Virus record (IMG/VR): IMGVR_UViG_3300033070_001371
Span: 32,001 to 96,000 of that record
DNA length: 64,000 nt
Source: a virus
Taxonomy: Duplodnaviria > Caudoviricetes
Strand: one strand, 5' to 3'
Shown: piece by piece, positions 56,391 through 63,908 of the stretch
Layout of the letters: each line of letters starts with the position of its first letter
Numbering within the stretch: position 1 is the first letter of the stretch
Notes under the pieces: model-generated
What the model saw: the letters and a program-made list of their open reading frames with translations, nothing else
Database searches by the model: none
What the model was told of the DNA's origin: nothing
Position numbers and translations under genes: made by a program

Positions 56391-56751
56391 TCTGGAGCTT
56401 CTCGTCCAGGCCCAGCAGCTTCAATACGTAGGCGAGAAAGCCCTGGCGCTTCTTCATATCGCCGTCCGAAGGCATCGCGATGATATGCGCCGTCAAGCGC
56501 AGCCACGCGCCAAAGAGGGCCTCGACGCCCAACCCTTGATGGGTTGCGCCGTTTTGCGCGTGCAAGTACATGGCGAGGCGGTCGCCGTCCGCCATGAAGC
56601 GAATGATCACGAGGGCGTCGGCGCTGTAGCGCCCGAAGCGGTTAGCCTCCGCCTCGCTGACGCCGCCTTCGTCTTTCATGTCGCGGACGCGAAGCTCCAG
56701 CGGGCGCTTCTGCTGCTGATCGAATGCGAGAGTCGGTGCTTGCTCGGACAT
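56317..56751 (-). CDS. Hypothetical protein
   Basis: Leaderless start (TACGTT-N6-ATG); 3' end overlaps the convergent gene. Confidence 0.55.
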   Translation of the reverse strand: MSEQAPTLAFDQQQKRPLELRVRDMKDEGGVSEAEANRFGRYSADALVIIRFMADGDRLAMYLHAQNGATHQGLGVEALFGAWLRLTAHIIAMPSDGDMKKRQGFLAYVLKLLGLDEKLQIIQTASGGPGSHCSPGDVAAPPSD

Positions 56752-57235
56752 GGCCTGAACGTACCAGCTCCTGTGCCACCAGACAAAGCAGGGGACGCCA
56801 CTTGGTGGGTCGCCCGGCGTACGAGCGCTCGATCTCGGCGGCCTGCCACGCCGCCTCAAACGCTTCGATCCACCGCCCCGCAAGCGCAAGGTCATGGGCA
56901 GTCTGACCGAGCAACGTGGCCCGCCGAGCATCAACCCGCAGAGCAAGTAGCTGCGCAATAGCTTCACTCCACAGCGGTACGTACGGCGTAAAGCCGTCGA
57001 GTGTGGGCTCCGCGCGCGACGCTAACAACTGCGCGGCGTGCAGCCGCGTAAGCTCGCCGCGCTCGACCGCCTGCACAATACGGTGCGGCACCGCCGCCAC
57101 CAAGACTTCGCGTTCGTCAACGCGAACAGCGGCGCGCCAGTACACCCAATTCCACTTCGCACCACGCGCGAGGGCGCGGGCGAGGCGGACTGGCAGGGAG
57201 GGGACGCGCAGAGACACCCCACAAAGTTGCTCCAC
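56642..57235 (-). CDS. Hypothetical protein
   Basis: Protein-like ORF, but with a long overlap onto the next gene. Confidence 0.4.
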   Translation of the reverse strand: MEQLCGVSLRVPSLPVRLARALARGAKWNWVYWRAAVRVDEREVLVAAVPHRIVQAVERGELTRLHAAQLLASRAEPTLDGFTPYVPLWSEAIAQLLALRVDARRATLLGQTAHDLALAGRWIEAFEAAWQAAEIERSYAGRPTKWRPLLCLVAQELVRSGHVRASTDSRIRSAAEAPAGASRPRHERRRRRQRGGG

Positions 57236-57272
57236 TTCAGCCGAAAGGCAATGTTTGGCTTACCCTTGCCAC

Positions 57273-58193
57273 ATGAGCATCGTATTGTTCGGGCAGAAAA
57301 TCGAAGTTCCAGGTACGGCATGCTTCCTGGACCCGCCCGAAGTCGTGCGCGCCGTCACGCGCGGCAAGAGCGCGCAGATTCCGCGCTCGACCGAAGGCAT
57401 TCGTCGCGATCCGGCGACATTCTGGGTGCGGGGGCACGTCACGCACACGACGTCAGGAACGGTGCAGCGCCTCGACTCCAAGAGCTGGATCGAATCCGCG
57501 CGGGACTGGATGTTCGCCAAGTACAGCCTGAACGCCGATGAGAAGTCGTGGACGCTCACCAAGGACACAGACGAGTCGGCGATCCAAGTCTCAGACCCTG
57601 GCAGCCTCAGTTCGTGGCATGCTGGTCAAGTCAACGGCGTCGCGGACGGTTGGGAGTTGGCGCAGACGAGCGAAGGCACGCTCACACAGATGCAGCTCGA
57701 CGGTTACGTACGCCTCTGCGACGAGTGGTCCTACCACTGCGGAATCCCTCGCGTGATCGCGTGGCGCGACGGCAAGCCTTTCGCTGGAATGCTCACACGC
57801 GCACTGAGCGCTCACGGGGCTGGCGCGTCGCTGTGCTTATTCTACGGTCACCGAAACATCTGGTCGGTGAGCAAAACCACAGGGCAGCTGTACGCCGTAC
57901 GCAGCGCGGGTGACCCCTCTGACTTGCCCTTCCTCGCGCTGAAGGCCGCCGGCTACCTCTGCCTCGATGTCGAGGCTGGCGACGACCTGAAGATGTGGAA
58001 AGACCTTCAGGTTCAACTCGGCCTCGACCCAGACGGCATCCCAGGGCCGCAAACGCGCGCGGCGTTGATCCGAGCAGGCAAGCACGGGCCAGGGGGTATG
58101 CTGGTACCGCGCCCCGGCGACGATGCGCGAGGCCTGCCTGCGTGGCTGCGCGCCCGGCCGCTGGCATGGCGCCAGGGCGTCGGCCTCGCCTGA
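57273..58193 (+). CDS. Endolysin: N-acetylmuramoyl-L-alanine amidase plus peptidoglycan-binding domain
   Basis: VTHTT, SWHAG..N, GWE, YGHR, GDP; C-terminal LQ..LGL..DGIPGPQTRAAL. Confidence 0.8.
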   Translation: MSIVLFGQKIEVPGTACFLDPPEVVRAVTRGKSAQIPRSTEGIRRDPATFWVRGHVTHTTSGTVQRLDSKSWIESARDWMFAKYSLNADEKSWTLTKDTDESAIQVSDPGSLSSWHAGQVNGVADGWELAQTSEGTLTQMQLDGYVRLCDEWSYHCGIPRVIAWRDGKPFAGMLTRALSAHGAGASLCLFYGHRNIWSVSKTTGQLYAVRSAGDPSDLPFLALKAAGYLCLDVEAGDDLKMWKDLQVQLGLDPDGIPGPQTRAALIRAGKHGPGGMLVPRPGDDARGLPAWLRARPLAWRQGVGLA

Positions 58194-58197
58194 ATCC

Positions 58198-58494
58198 TCA
58201 ACGGTGTTTACGGCGTTCGCTGCGCGGCACCTCGACTGAAGCCGAGCCTTCGGTGACCACAGAGAGCTCTTCGACCACAGGGCGCTCTTCGACCACAGGA
58301 GGAGGCTCTGGCGGAGTGGGCGGCGTGGGCACCGCCGGGAGCGGCACCTCATCCCACGTCCGAGCGAACGTGATCTGCGAGATGTCGCCCTCGACGCGCG
58401 CCGACTGAGCATCCGCTGCGTGCTCCAGTGGAACGACGAGCGCACCGGGCACGTAGTAGAGCCGCCCCTCGCGCGAAACTGCTTTGAACGCCAT
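58198..58494 (-). CDS. Hypothetical protein
   Basis: 98 aa, Pro/Glu-rich tail. Confidence 0.55.
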   Translation of the reverse strand: MAFKAVSREGRLYYVPGALVVPLEHAADAQSARVEGDISQITFARTWDEVPLPAVPTPPTPPEPPPVVEERPVVEELSVVTEGSASVEVPRSERRKHR

Positions 58495-58522
58495 GCGTAA
58501 CCTCTACCCCCTACACTAAGGC
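58495..58522. promoter_or_regulatory. Bidirectional -10 element between divergent genes
   Basis: TACACTA reads TACACT on + and TAGTGT on - within a 28-bp gap. Confidence 0.45.
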
Positions 58523-58906
58523 ATGTCGTCCACGATCAAGCTGACGGGAAACCTGCTGGTCCAGCTCGCGGAGGGCGCGCAGCCGTCGCCTGTGCCCGTG
58601 GGCTTCGAGATGACCTACACCGAGAAGGTCATCTACGGATTCAATTACAACGCACCGGTCGCCAACCAGCCCGTGCCGGCTGGCTCAGTGACCAATCCAC
58701 GCTTCGTCCTGGTGTTTCTCTACGAAGGCGCTATCAGCCTCGCGTGGAACGTCGCGGGCGATGGCGCGACGGCGCTGGCAGCGAACCCCACGCCGCCCCC
58801 CGCCGACCGCCCAATCCTCATGCTGTTCCGCTTCAACGCTCCGGCCAGCGCTCTGTACATCACCGTGACGCAGTCCGCGCGCGGCGAGATCTGGCTCTTC
58901 GAGTAG
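58523..58906 (+). CDS. Small beta-rich putative virion protein
   Basis: 127 aa; leaderless start. Confidence 0.6.
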   Translation: MSSTIKLTGNLLVQLAEGAQPSPVPVGFEMTYTEKVIYGFNYNAPVANQPVPAGSVTNPRFVLVFLYEGAISLAWNVAGDGATALAANPTPPPADRPILMLFRFNAPASALYITVTQSARGEIWLFE

Positions 58907-58910
58907 CGCT

Positions 58911-59486
58911 TCAGCGCGCTGTCGCCTCGGCCCAGCAGGTGCGACAGAGAGGCGCGTAGGAGTCGCGCGCCCCAACGAGAACCTGCGCGTCGTTCGCGAC
59001 GAGACGGTACGACATCGAGCCGTTCTCGCTCTTGCAGTGCACGCAGATCGCCTTGAACTTCAGGATCTCGTCGGCGTGCGCGAGCAGCGTCGGCATGATG
59101 CCGAAGGGTTGGCCTCGGAAGTCGCGGTCGAGGCCCGAGGCGAAGACCGAGACCCCGCGCGCGTAAAGCAGGTGCAGCACCTCGTCGACGGCGCTGGGCG
59201 CGAAGAACTGCGCCTCGTCGAGCGCGACGAAGCGCACGTTGGGTCGCACGCGCGCGGCGAATGCCTCGCCGGGCTCGATGACAGTGACCTGGAAGGGCAC
59301 GTGCAGATCAGCGAGGTCGGTGCCCGCGTGCGAGATCAGGCGCCCCTCACGGCGCGTGTCGGTCGAGGGCGAGAAGATCTGGGCGCCCACGTCGCCGTGG
59401 AACGCGAGGCGCACGCGGCGCAGCAGCTCCTCGGTCTTGCCCGAGAACATCGGACCGCAGGCCACGGTGAGCTTGCCGGCGGCCAT
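58911..59486 (-). CDS. tdk: Thymidine kinase
   Basis: GPMFSGKTEEL, DEAQFF, GLDRDFRGQPFG, CVHC, YAPLCRTC. Confidence 0.95.
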   Translation of the reverse strand: MAAGKLTVACGPMFSGKTEELLRRVRLAFHGDVGAQIFSPSTDTRREGRLISHAGTDLADLHVPFQVTVIEPGEAFAARVRPNVRFVALDEAQFFAPSAVDEVLHLLYARGVSVFASGLDRDFRGQPFGIMPTLLAHADEILKFKAICVHCKSENGSMSYRLVANDAQVLVGARDSYAPLCRTCWAEATAR

Positions 59487-59878
59487 CAGCGGCCTCCCGC
59501 GTCGCGCTGAGCCTGCGCATCGGTCAGGGCCCGCTCGACGCTCGCGAGGTAGCGGGTGAGGTCGCCGCCGGACGCCTGGAGGCGTCGCACCTCGTCGCGC
59601 TCAGACGCCATTCGACCGACAACGAACGAGGGGTCAATCGGGTGTGCCGCGACGGCGAAGTGCTCGTCGTAGCGCTCGTGGAAGAGCGCACGGGAGACCC
59701 AGCGGCGGAGGCGGTCGCCGTACGTCGAGAACTGCGTGACGTACTCGACGAGGACGTGACTCGTCTCGACGGCCATGACCTGCACGACGTGCGGCTCGCG
59801 CGGGTCGAGATTCCCTCCATCGTCGGCGGTTACGCCGTACAGGTCGAAGAAGGCACCGGGCTTGAGCTCATCCGACAT
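59486..59878 (-). CDS. Hypothetical protein
   Basis: TGATG-coupled to tdk. Confidence 0.6.
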   Translation of the reverse strand: MSDELKPGAFFDLYGVTADDGGNLDPREPHVVQVMAVETSHVLVEYVTQFSTYGDRLRRWVSRALFHERYDEHFAVAAHPIDPSFVVGRMASERDEVRRLQASGGDLTRYLASVERALTDAQAQRDAGGR

Positions 59879-60125
59879 GCCTATGAACTACCCCAGGTTC
59901 GGGCGTGTGGGAAGGAACGACGCGGTCCATCGCCGCATTCGAGGTGAACGCTTGGGTGATGCCGTCGCGCTGGTTCTGCCGCTCTCGGTCCTTGTCGAGC
60001 GAACTCTGGGGAGCAGGTGATCGCGCGACCGCGCCAATGGAAGCCAACGCGTCGCCGTCGAAGCCGTACTCGGCAGCAACCTTACGGATCGCGCGCAGGC
60101 GCGCCAGCCATGTTCGCGTCGACAT
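59868..60125 (-). CDS. Small putative head-cargo protein
   Basis: GGAG RBS; AIRKVAAEYGF and ITQAF motifs. Confidence 0.55.
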   Translation of the reverse strand: MSTRTWLARLRAIRKVAAEYGFDGDALASIGAVARSPAPQSSLDKDRERQNQRDGITQAFTSNAAMDRVVPSHTPEPGVVHRHVG

Positions 60126-60468
60126 CATCAGTCTCCGTAGAGGTAAGTGCGCGCGCCGTCAGTAGACGGGACAGCGCGGCATTGCTGACGAGGCAAGAGA
60201 CATAGAGCTTCGTGTTACCTTCCAAGAGCGCGGCCCCGGCGCTCGACGCAAAGTGCTGCATGCGCAGCAACGTCTGGCGCGAGTCCTCGCCGTCGCACTC
60301 CGTCGCGAACGCCTCGTATGCGTCGGCAACGGCCTGCTCGAAGTCGACACCGCTGGACCGATCGGATTCCCCGCAAGCACAGCGCGGCGTGACCGGTGTG
60401 GTGCTAAAGGCCGGCACCACTCGCGTCTGGCGGCAACGAAGGCAGACGTCGAAGGGGATGTCGTGCAT
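60082..60468 (-). CDS. Hypothetical zinc-finger protein
   Basis: CLRC..CACG; leaderless TAGACT-N6-ATG. Confidence 0.55.
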   Translation of the reverse strand: MHDIPFDVCLRCRQTRVVPAFSTTPVTPRCACGESDRSSGVDFEQAVADAYEAFATECDGEDSRQTLLRMQHFASSAGAALLEGNTKLYVSCLVSNAALSRLLTARALTSTETDDVDANMAGAPARDP

Positions 60469-60477
60469 ATCTGGAGT

Positions 60478-60786
60478 CTAACCCGAATGGTGCCGGTGGC
60501 GTCGATGATGAGGGTGTGTCGACGGAGAGGACAAAACTTGTCCAAGATTGCTGTTGCTCATCAGGCCCTGGTTCGACATCGTATGTTCGGCCATCAGGCC
60601 AGGAAACGCTGCGAACTGCCGAGCCAGAGCAGCTTGCCGCTCTTGGTCACGCACAGCGCTGTAGGAGTCGAACGCCGCCGAAAGCGCTGGGAACGCACGC
60701 TGCACAAGCTCGGGACTCGCCGTCTTGAGGTAGAGGTCGACGACGCGGCGTGCGGCGCGGACTCGCGCGAGCTTCTCCAGATTCAC
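60478..60786 (-). CDS. Small putative head-cargo protein
   Basis: EKLA and LKTA sites, LSAAF motif, His-rich end. Confidence 0.6.
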   Translation of the reverse strand: MNLEKLARVRAARRVVDLYLKTASPELVQRAFPALSAAFDSYSAVRDQERQAALARQFAAFPGLMAEHTMSNQGLMSNSNLGQVLSSPSTHPHHRRHRHHSG

Positions 60787-61562
60787 AGCGTCACGCCGCC
60801 TTCGAGGGGCGTCTGCCCAATCGAAGACTCCTCGCCGGTGGGTTGCGTCTTGGCGTCGGCACGGGCGAAGACGCGCGAAAGGCGGTCGCCGATCAACGCC
60901 TCCTCCGCCGGAGTCTGGCGTCCGGTGTTTGGCAGCGCGACGACGTGCCCCCGGATCAACTTGTCGATGTCCGCTTGTTTGAGATCACTCAGCTTGTAGC
61001 GCGCGAGCACGGTCTTGAGCGCCGCTTCTTTGCGTGCCGCCGCGACCAGCCCACGCTCAGCGGCTGCGGCGCGCTTGATGCGCGCAGCGAAGTGCGCAGC
61101 CAAACCATCGAGTCGGCGCGGCGCGTCATTGCGAGTACCCCTCTGTGCCGTCTTCACGTAGCGCTCCTTCTTCTTCGGCTCGAACTTCTCCAACGCGTCG
61201 CGCAAGTGCGTCATGTCCCGAAACACCCGGCGCGCGTGAATCTCGTCGCCGTAAAGACGATAGATCGCCTCGCGCTCGGCGTTCGAGACCCCGACGAGAA
61301 ACTTCGTCTCATCGAGCTCCATGCCGCCACCGTCGCGCGGCTTGAGCTTCTGAAACACCTCGTAGTGCCCGTTCGCGTCGTCACCGACGAACGCATCGAG
61401 ACCCTCACCATCTTCCCCCTTCAGGCGCGGGAAGTAGCCATAGTCGCACGGGTAAACGAAGCGCTTCTCGCCCCCGTCAGGGCGCGGCCAAACCTTCACT
61501 GTGCCTTTCGGTCGGTCGATGATGAAGGTCGTGCCCTGGAACGTCTTACGCGGTAAAGCCAT
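60783..61562 (-). CDS. Inorganic pyrophosphatase-like domain with a C-terminal extension
   Basis: ID.PKG, YPCDYGY, GEDGEGLDAFV, DETK match family I PPase motifs. Confidence 0.78.
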   Translation of the reverse strand: MALPRKTFQGTTFIIDRPKGTVKVWPRPDGGEKRFVYPCDYGYFPRLKGEDGEGLDAFVGDDANGHYEVFQKLKPRDGGGMELDETKFLVGVSNAEREAIYRLYGDEIHARRVFRDMTHLRDALEKFEPKKKERYVKTAQRGTRNDAPRRLDGLAAHFAARIKRAAAAERGLVAAARKEAALKTVLARYKLSDLKQADIDKLIRGHVVALPNTGRQTPAEEALIGDRLSRVFARADAKTQPTGEESSIGQTPLEGGVTL

Positions 61563-62968
61563 CACACGGACTCCTGCTCAGGCGTCTCGGGAGAGGCCGG
61601 GCGCGCGGCAGCGTGCGCCGCGCCGTACGTGCCCGCGCCGGCGAGCGCACCCGCGAGACCTCCTCCAACAGCGGCCACAGGGCGACTGTGTCGGCCGGTG
61701 AACGCGCGATGCAGTCCGACGCCAGCGAGGGGGTTGTTCTTGGCGTACAACATCCCACTGACACCAGACGGATTGGTCTCGATCGTCTTGTACTCGATCT
61801 TGCCCGTGGCAGGGTTGCGCACTGGTGCAATGTCCATGGCGAAGGTTGCACCCTGGTACTTCTTGGGCAAGTTGCCCACAATCTCGCGCGCCGCGTCCTC
61901 AGCTCCGCGCATGTGTCGGTGTCCCGTCGCGAGCATCGCAGGGTCAAATCGAGGCACAGTGGCGTGGGGCACGACTGCGCCGTTGATGACGTGTACTCGC
62001 ATCTCCTTGGTCGACGGGTTGCCCTTGAGCTTACCGACCAGCTGCCCGAGCGCCGAGCCCTGCTCTAGCGGCAACTTCTCCTGAACCATGACAAACCCTG
62101 GCTTGTTCAGCAACTTCTCGATGACGCGCCCGGAGTAAGTGTCGAAGTGCTTCGTCTTGAGCGCTTTGCGGTTTGCTGAGCCAAGACGTCCAAAGCCGCT
62201 CTCCTCCATGATCCGCGCCTTGTCCGCGTGATAGCCGGAGCTTGTCCAGCGATCGAGCAGGTCCTTGAAGTCGTGCTTCTCCGTCGGAAACGCCCCACCC
62301 GTCTCGGCCGAACGCGTGTCCTTGAGCAGGAAACCCTTGCCGTAGTCGGTGCGGAGCTTCGTCTGGAGCTTGTCGAGCATCTCCGCGCGCGCAGCGGGGT
62401 CCGTCGGAATCTCTGGGTAGCCCATGTCTGCGAGGATGTGCTTGACGTTCGCGCTGCGCCCCATCGCGCCGGGCGTCGTCTTCTCGATCAGCTTGTACTC
62501 CCGCCACTTGTCGTTCTTGAGCTTCTCGTGGATGTCCTTCGCAGCCTGATTCGACGCGAGATTCACGTCACCCGTGGCGTAGGCCGAACCGGTGCGCTTG
62601 CGGTGCATCAGCGCGCCCGAGATCTCCGGTTTGTGCCCAAGTTGATCCTTGAGCGCTTTGAGGTCCTTCTCATACGCGACGTTGCCACCGCCAGCTTCGA
62701 GCAGGCGATCAAGGAACCGTCCGACGCGCCCACGCTCTTTGCCCGAGCCCGCAAGCACGCGCGTGAACTTACCTCCAGCCTGCTCTTGGAGCGCGCGCAT
62801 CGCCGGATCAGCGCTCAAGCGCCGACGCCGCAGATGGCGGTAGGCGCCCGCACCTGCGCCGGTCGCCGCGAGAGTCGCGAGCAGCAACGGCAGTCGCCCG
62901 TGCAGAACGGAAGGATGCGCCTCGGACTCAGGCGTAACGTCGGGCGGAGAAGGCGTCTCGTCAGGCAT
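61562..62968 (-). CDS. ATP-grasp (RimK-like) enzyme with terminal hydrophobic segments
   Basis: NDK, FLLK, VQEKL, EMRVHVINGAV, FAMDI, IETNP..SG; start MPDETP after TATAAT. Confidence 0.72.
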   Translation of the reverse strand: MPDETPSPPDVTPESEAHPSVLHGRLPLLLATLAATGAGAGAYRHLRRRRLSADPAMRALQEQAGGKFTRVLAGSGKERGRVGRFLDRLLEAGGGNVAYEKDLKALKDQLGHKPEISGALMHRKRTGSAYATGDVNLASNQAAKDIHEKLKNDKWREYKLIEKTTPGAMGRSANVKHILADMGYPEIPTDPAARAEMLDKLQTKLRTDYGKGFLLKDTRSAETGGAFPTEKHDFKDLLDRWTSSGYHADKARIMEESGFGRLGSANRKALKTKHFDTYSGRVIEKLLNKPGFVMVQEKLPLEQGSALGQLVGKLKGNPSTKEMRVHVINGAVVPHATVPRFDPAMLATGHRHMRGAEDAAREIVGNLPKKYQGATFAMDIAPVRNPATGKIEYKTIETNPSGVSGMLYAKNNPLAGVGLHRAFTGRHSRPVAAVGGGLAGALAGAGTYGAAHAAARPASPETPEQESV

Positions 62969-62978
62969 GACGAGACGA

Positions 62979-63653
62979 TTATACGCCCAGAGCACGCTCC
63001 AACGCGCGGTGCGCGCGGTAGACCCCTGGTTCGACAACGGCGTAAAGGTCGCCGGGCAAGCCGAATGGCTGCGCAAAGTGTCGGTGCGCAGTGTCTGCCA
63101 CGCGCGTGACGCGTGCGCGCGCATGGCCCGCGAAGGCTCCACGCCCTCGTGTGCGATAGCTCGCAGCGAAGAGCACGGTGAGCGGCCAGTCGAGCTCCTC
63201 CAACTTCTCGCGCACCGCGAGGCTACGCAGCGCCGGGTCGAGCAAGTAGATCGGTCCAAGGGGCACCGACGGAAAGGAGCGATCCGTCGTCGTGTCCTGC
63301 GCGTGTCGCGCGAGCAGCACCGCCGACGACCCGCCGAACGAGAAGCCAACAATCGCGGGCGCGGCGCAACGCTGCGCGCAAGCCCAGCGCGCCGCACGCC
63401 CGATCCAATCCCCGGAACGCCCCGCGCCTTCTTCGGCCTCGGGCACGAACACGGTGAAACCCTTGCGCGCCAACCGATCAGCCGTGCCACCGACAGACCA
63501 GATGCCGGGCGCAAGGCCCGAGGCCCACGCGCCCGCGTAATGCACAGGCCCCGTCGCGCCATGGAGCAAGATGATGCTCGCGTAGTTGGCTGCGTCAGGG
63601 TCCGGGTACGCTGTCAGCGTGAGCGCATCGTCGTCGTAGATCAGCTCCGGCAT
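62979..63653 (-). CDS. Alpha/beta hydrolase
   Basis: ILLHG, GFSFGG nucleophile elbow, LLDP, C-terminal His. Confidence 0.72.
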   Translation of the reverse strand: MPELIYDDDALTLTAYPDPDAANYASIILLHGATGPVHYAGAWASGLAPGIWSVGGTADRLARKGFTVFVPEAEEGAGRSGDWIGRAARWACAQRCAAPAIVGFSFGGSSAVLLARHAQDTTTDRSFPSVPLGPIYLLDPALRSLAVREKLEELDWPLTVLFAASYRTRGRGAFAGHARARVTRVADTAHRHFAQPFGLPGDLYAVVEPGVYRAHRALERALGV

Positions 63654-63880
63654 CACGCTCCCTCCGGCTGAACGGCTGTCGTGCGCGAGCAGTTCGGGCA
63701 CTGCGGGTGCAGTGCCTTAGACTCGACGCAGAACACGACGTTCTCTTCGGGCGCGCAGCTCGCGGTGAAGACGTAGTTGCAGGCGCAGCGCACCTGCTGG
63801 CACTCGCCGTCATCCTGGATGACGGTGAAGAGTGGCGCGGGCGCGCGGACGGGACCGGTGAAGTCGTTGGCGGTGAACAT
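63653..63880 (-). CDS. Small Cys-rich protein
   Basis: CAC..CPNC; leaderless TAAACT-N6-ATG; TGATG-coupled to the hydrolase. Confidence 0.6.
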   Translation of the reverse strand: MFTANDFTGPVRAPAPLFTVIQDDGECQQVRCACNYVFTASCAPEENVVFCVESKALHPQCPNCSRTTAVQPEGA

Positions 63881-63886
63881 GGAGAC

Positions 63887-63908
63887 AGTTTACCGCGTAC
63901 GGTAAACT
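63887..63908. promoter_or_regulatory. 9-bp inverted repeat overlapping a -10 box and a motif copy
   Basis: AGTTTACCG cgta CGGTAAACT. Confidence 0.6.

Larger units (their letters stand above)
840..63899. repeat. Dispersed motif AC-SSS-GTAAA(G), at least 31 exact copies
   Basis: 12-mers start at 840, 3164, 6474, 9244, 11585, 12982, 15159, 15874, 18648, 21566, 22098, 24150, 26697, 28003, 29174, 31779, 34368, 36365, 37232, 40885, 43663, 45683, 47551, 49741, 51499, 54347, 56982, 58206, 61547, 63036, 63888. Confidence 0.9.

Noticed and set aside
58266-58299. 16-bp direct repeat GCTCTTCGACCACAGG
   Set aside because: Only two copies, in frame, encoding PVVEE twice; a simple coding duplication.
633-63562. 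Long antisense or alternative-frame ORFs and upstream extensions (e.g. 1488-2744, 5970-7106, 24161-25399, 30002-31447, 47089-48357; extensions 633-953, 18611-19003, 62969-63562)
   Set aside because: They shadow well-supported genes and are Arg/Ala-rich, as expected from stop-codon scarcity in high-GC DNA.
840-63899. Dispersed motif as a protein-level bias (e.g. NAVK), a restriction site, or a strand-specific Chi/nick signal
   Set aside because: It occurs in several frames and in intergenic DNA with rare codons; restriction sites are usually depleted in phages; both orientations are common.
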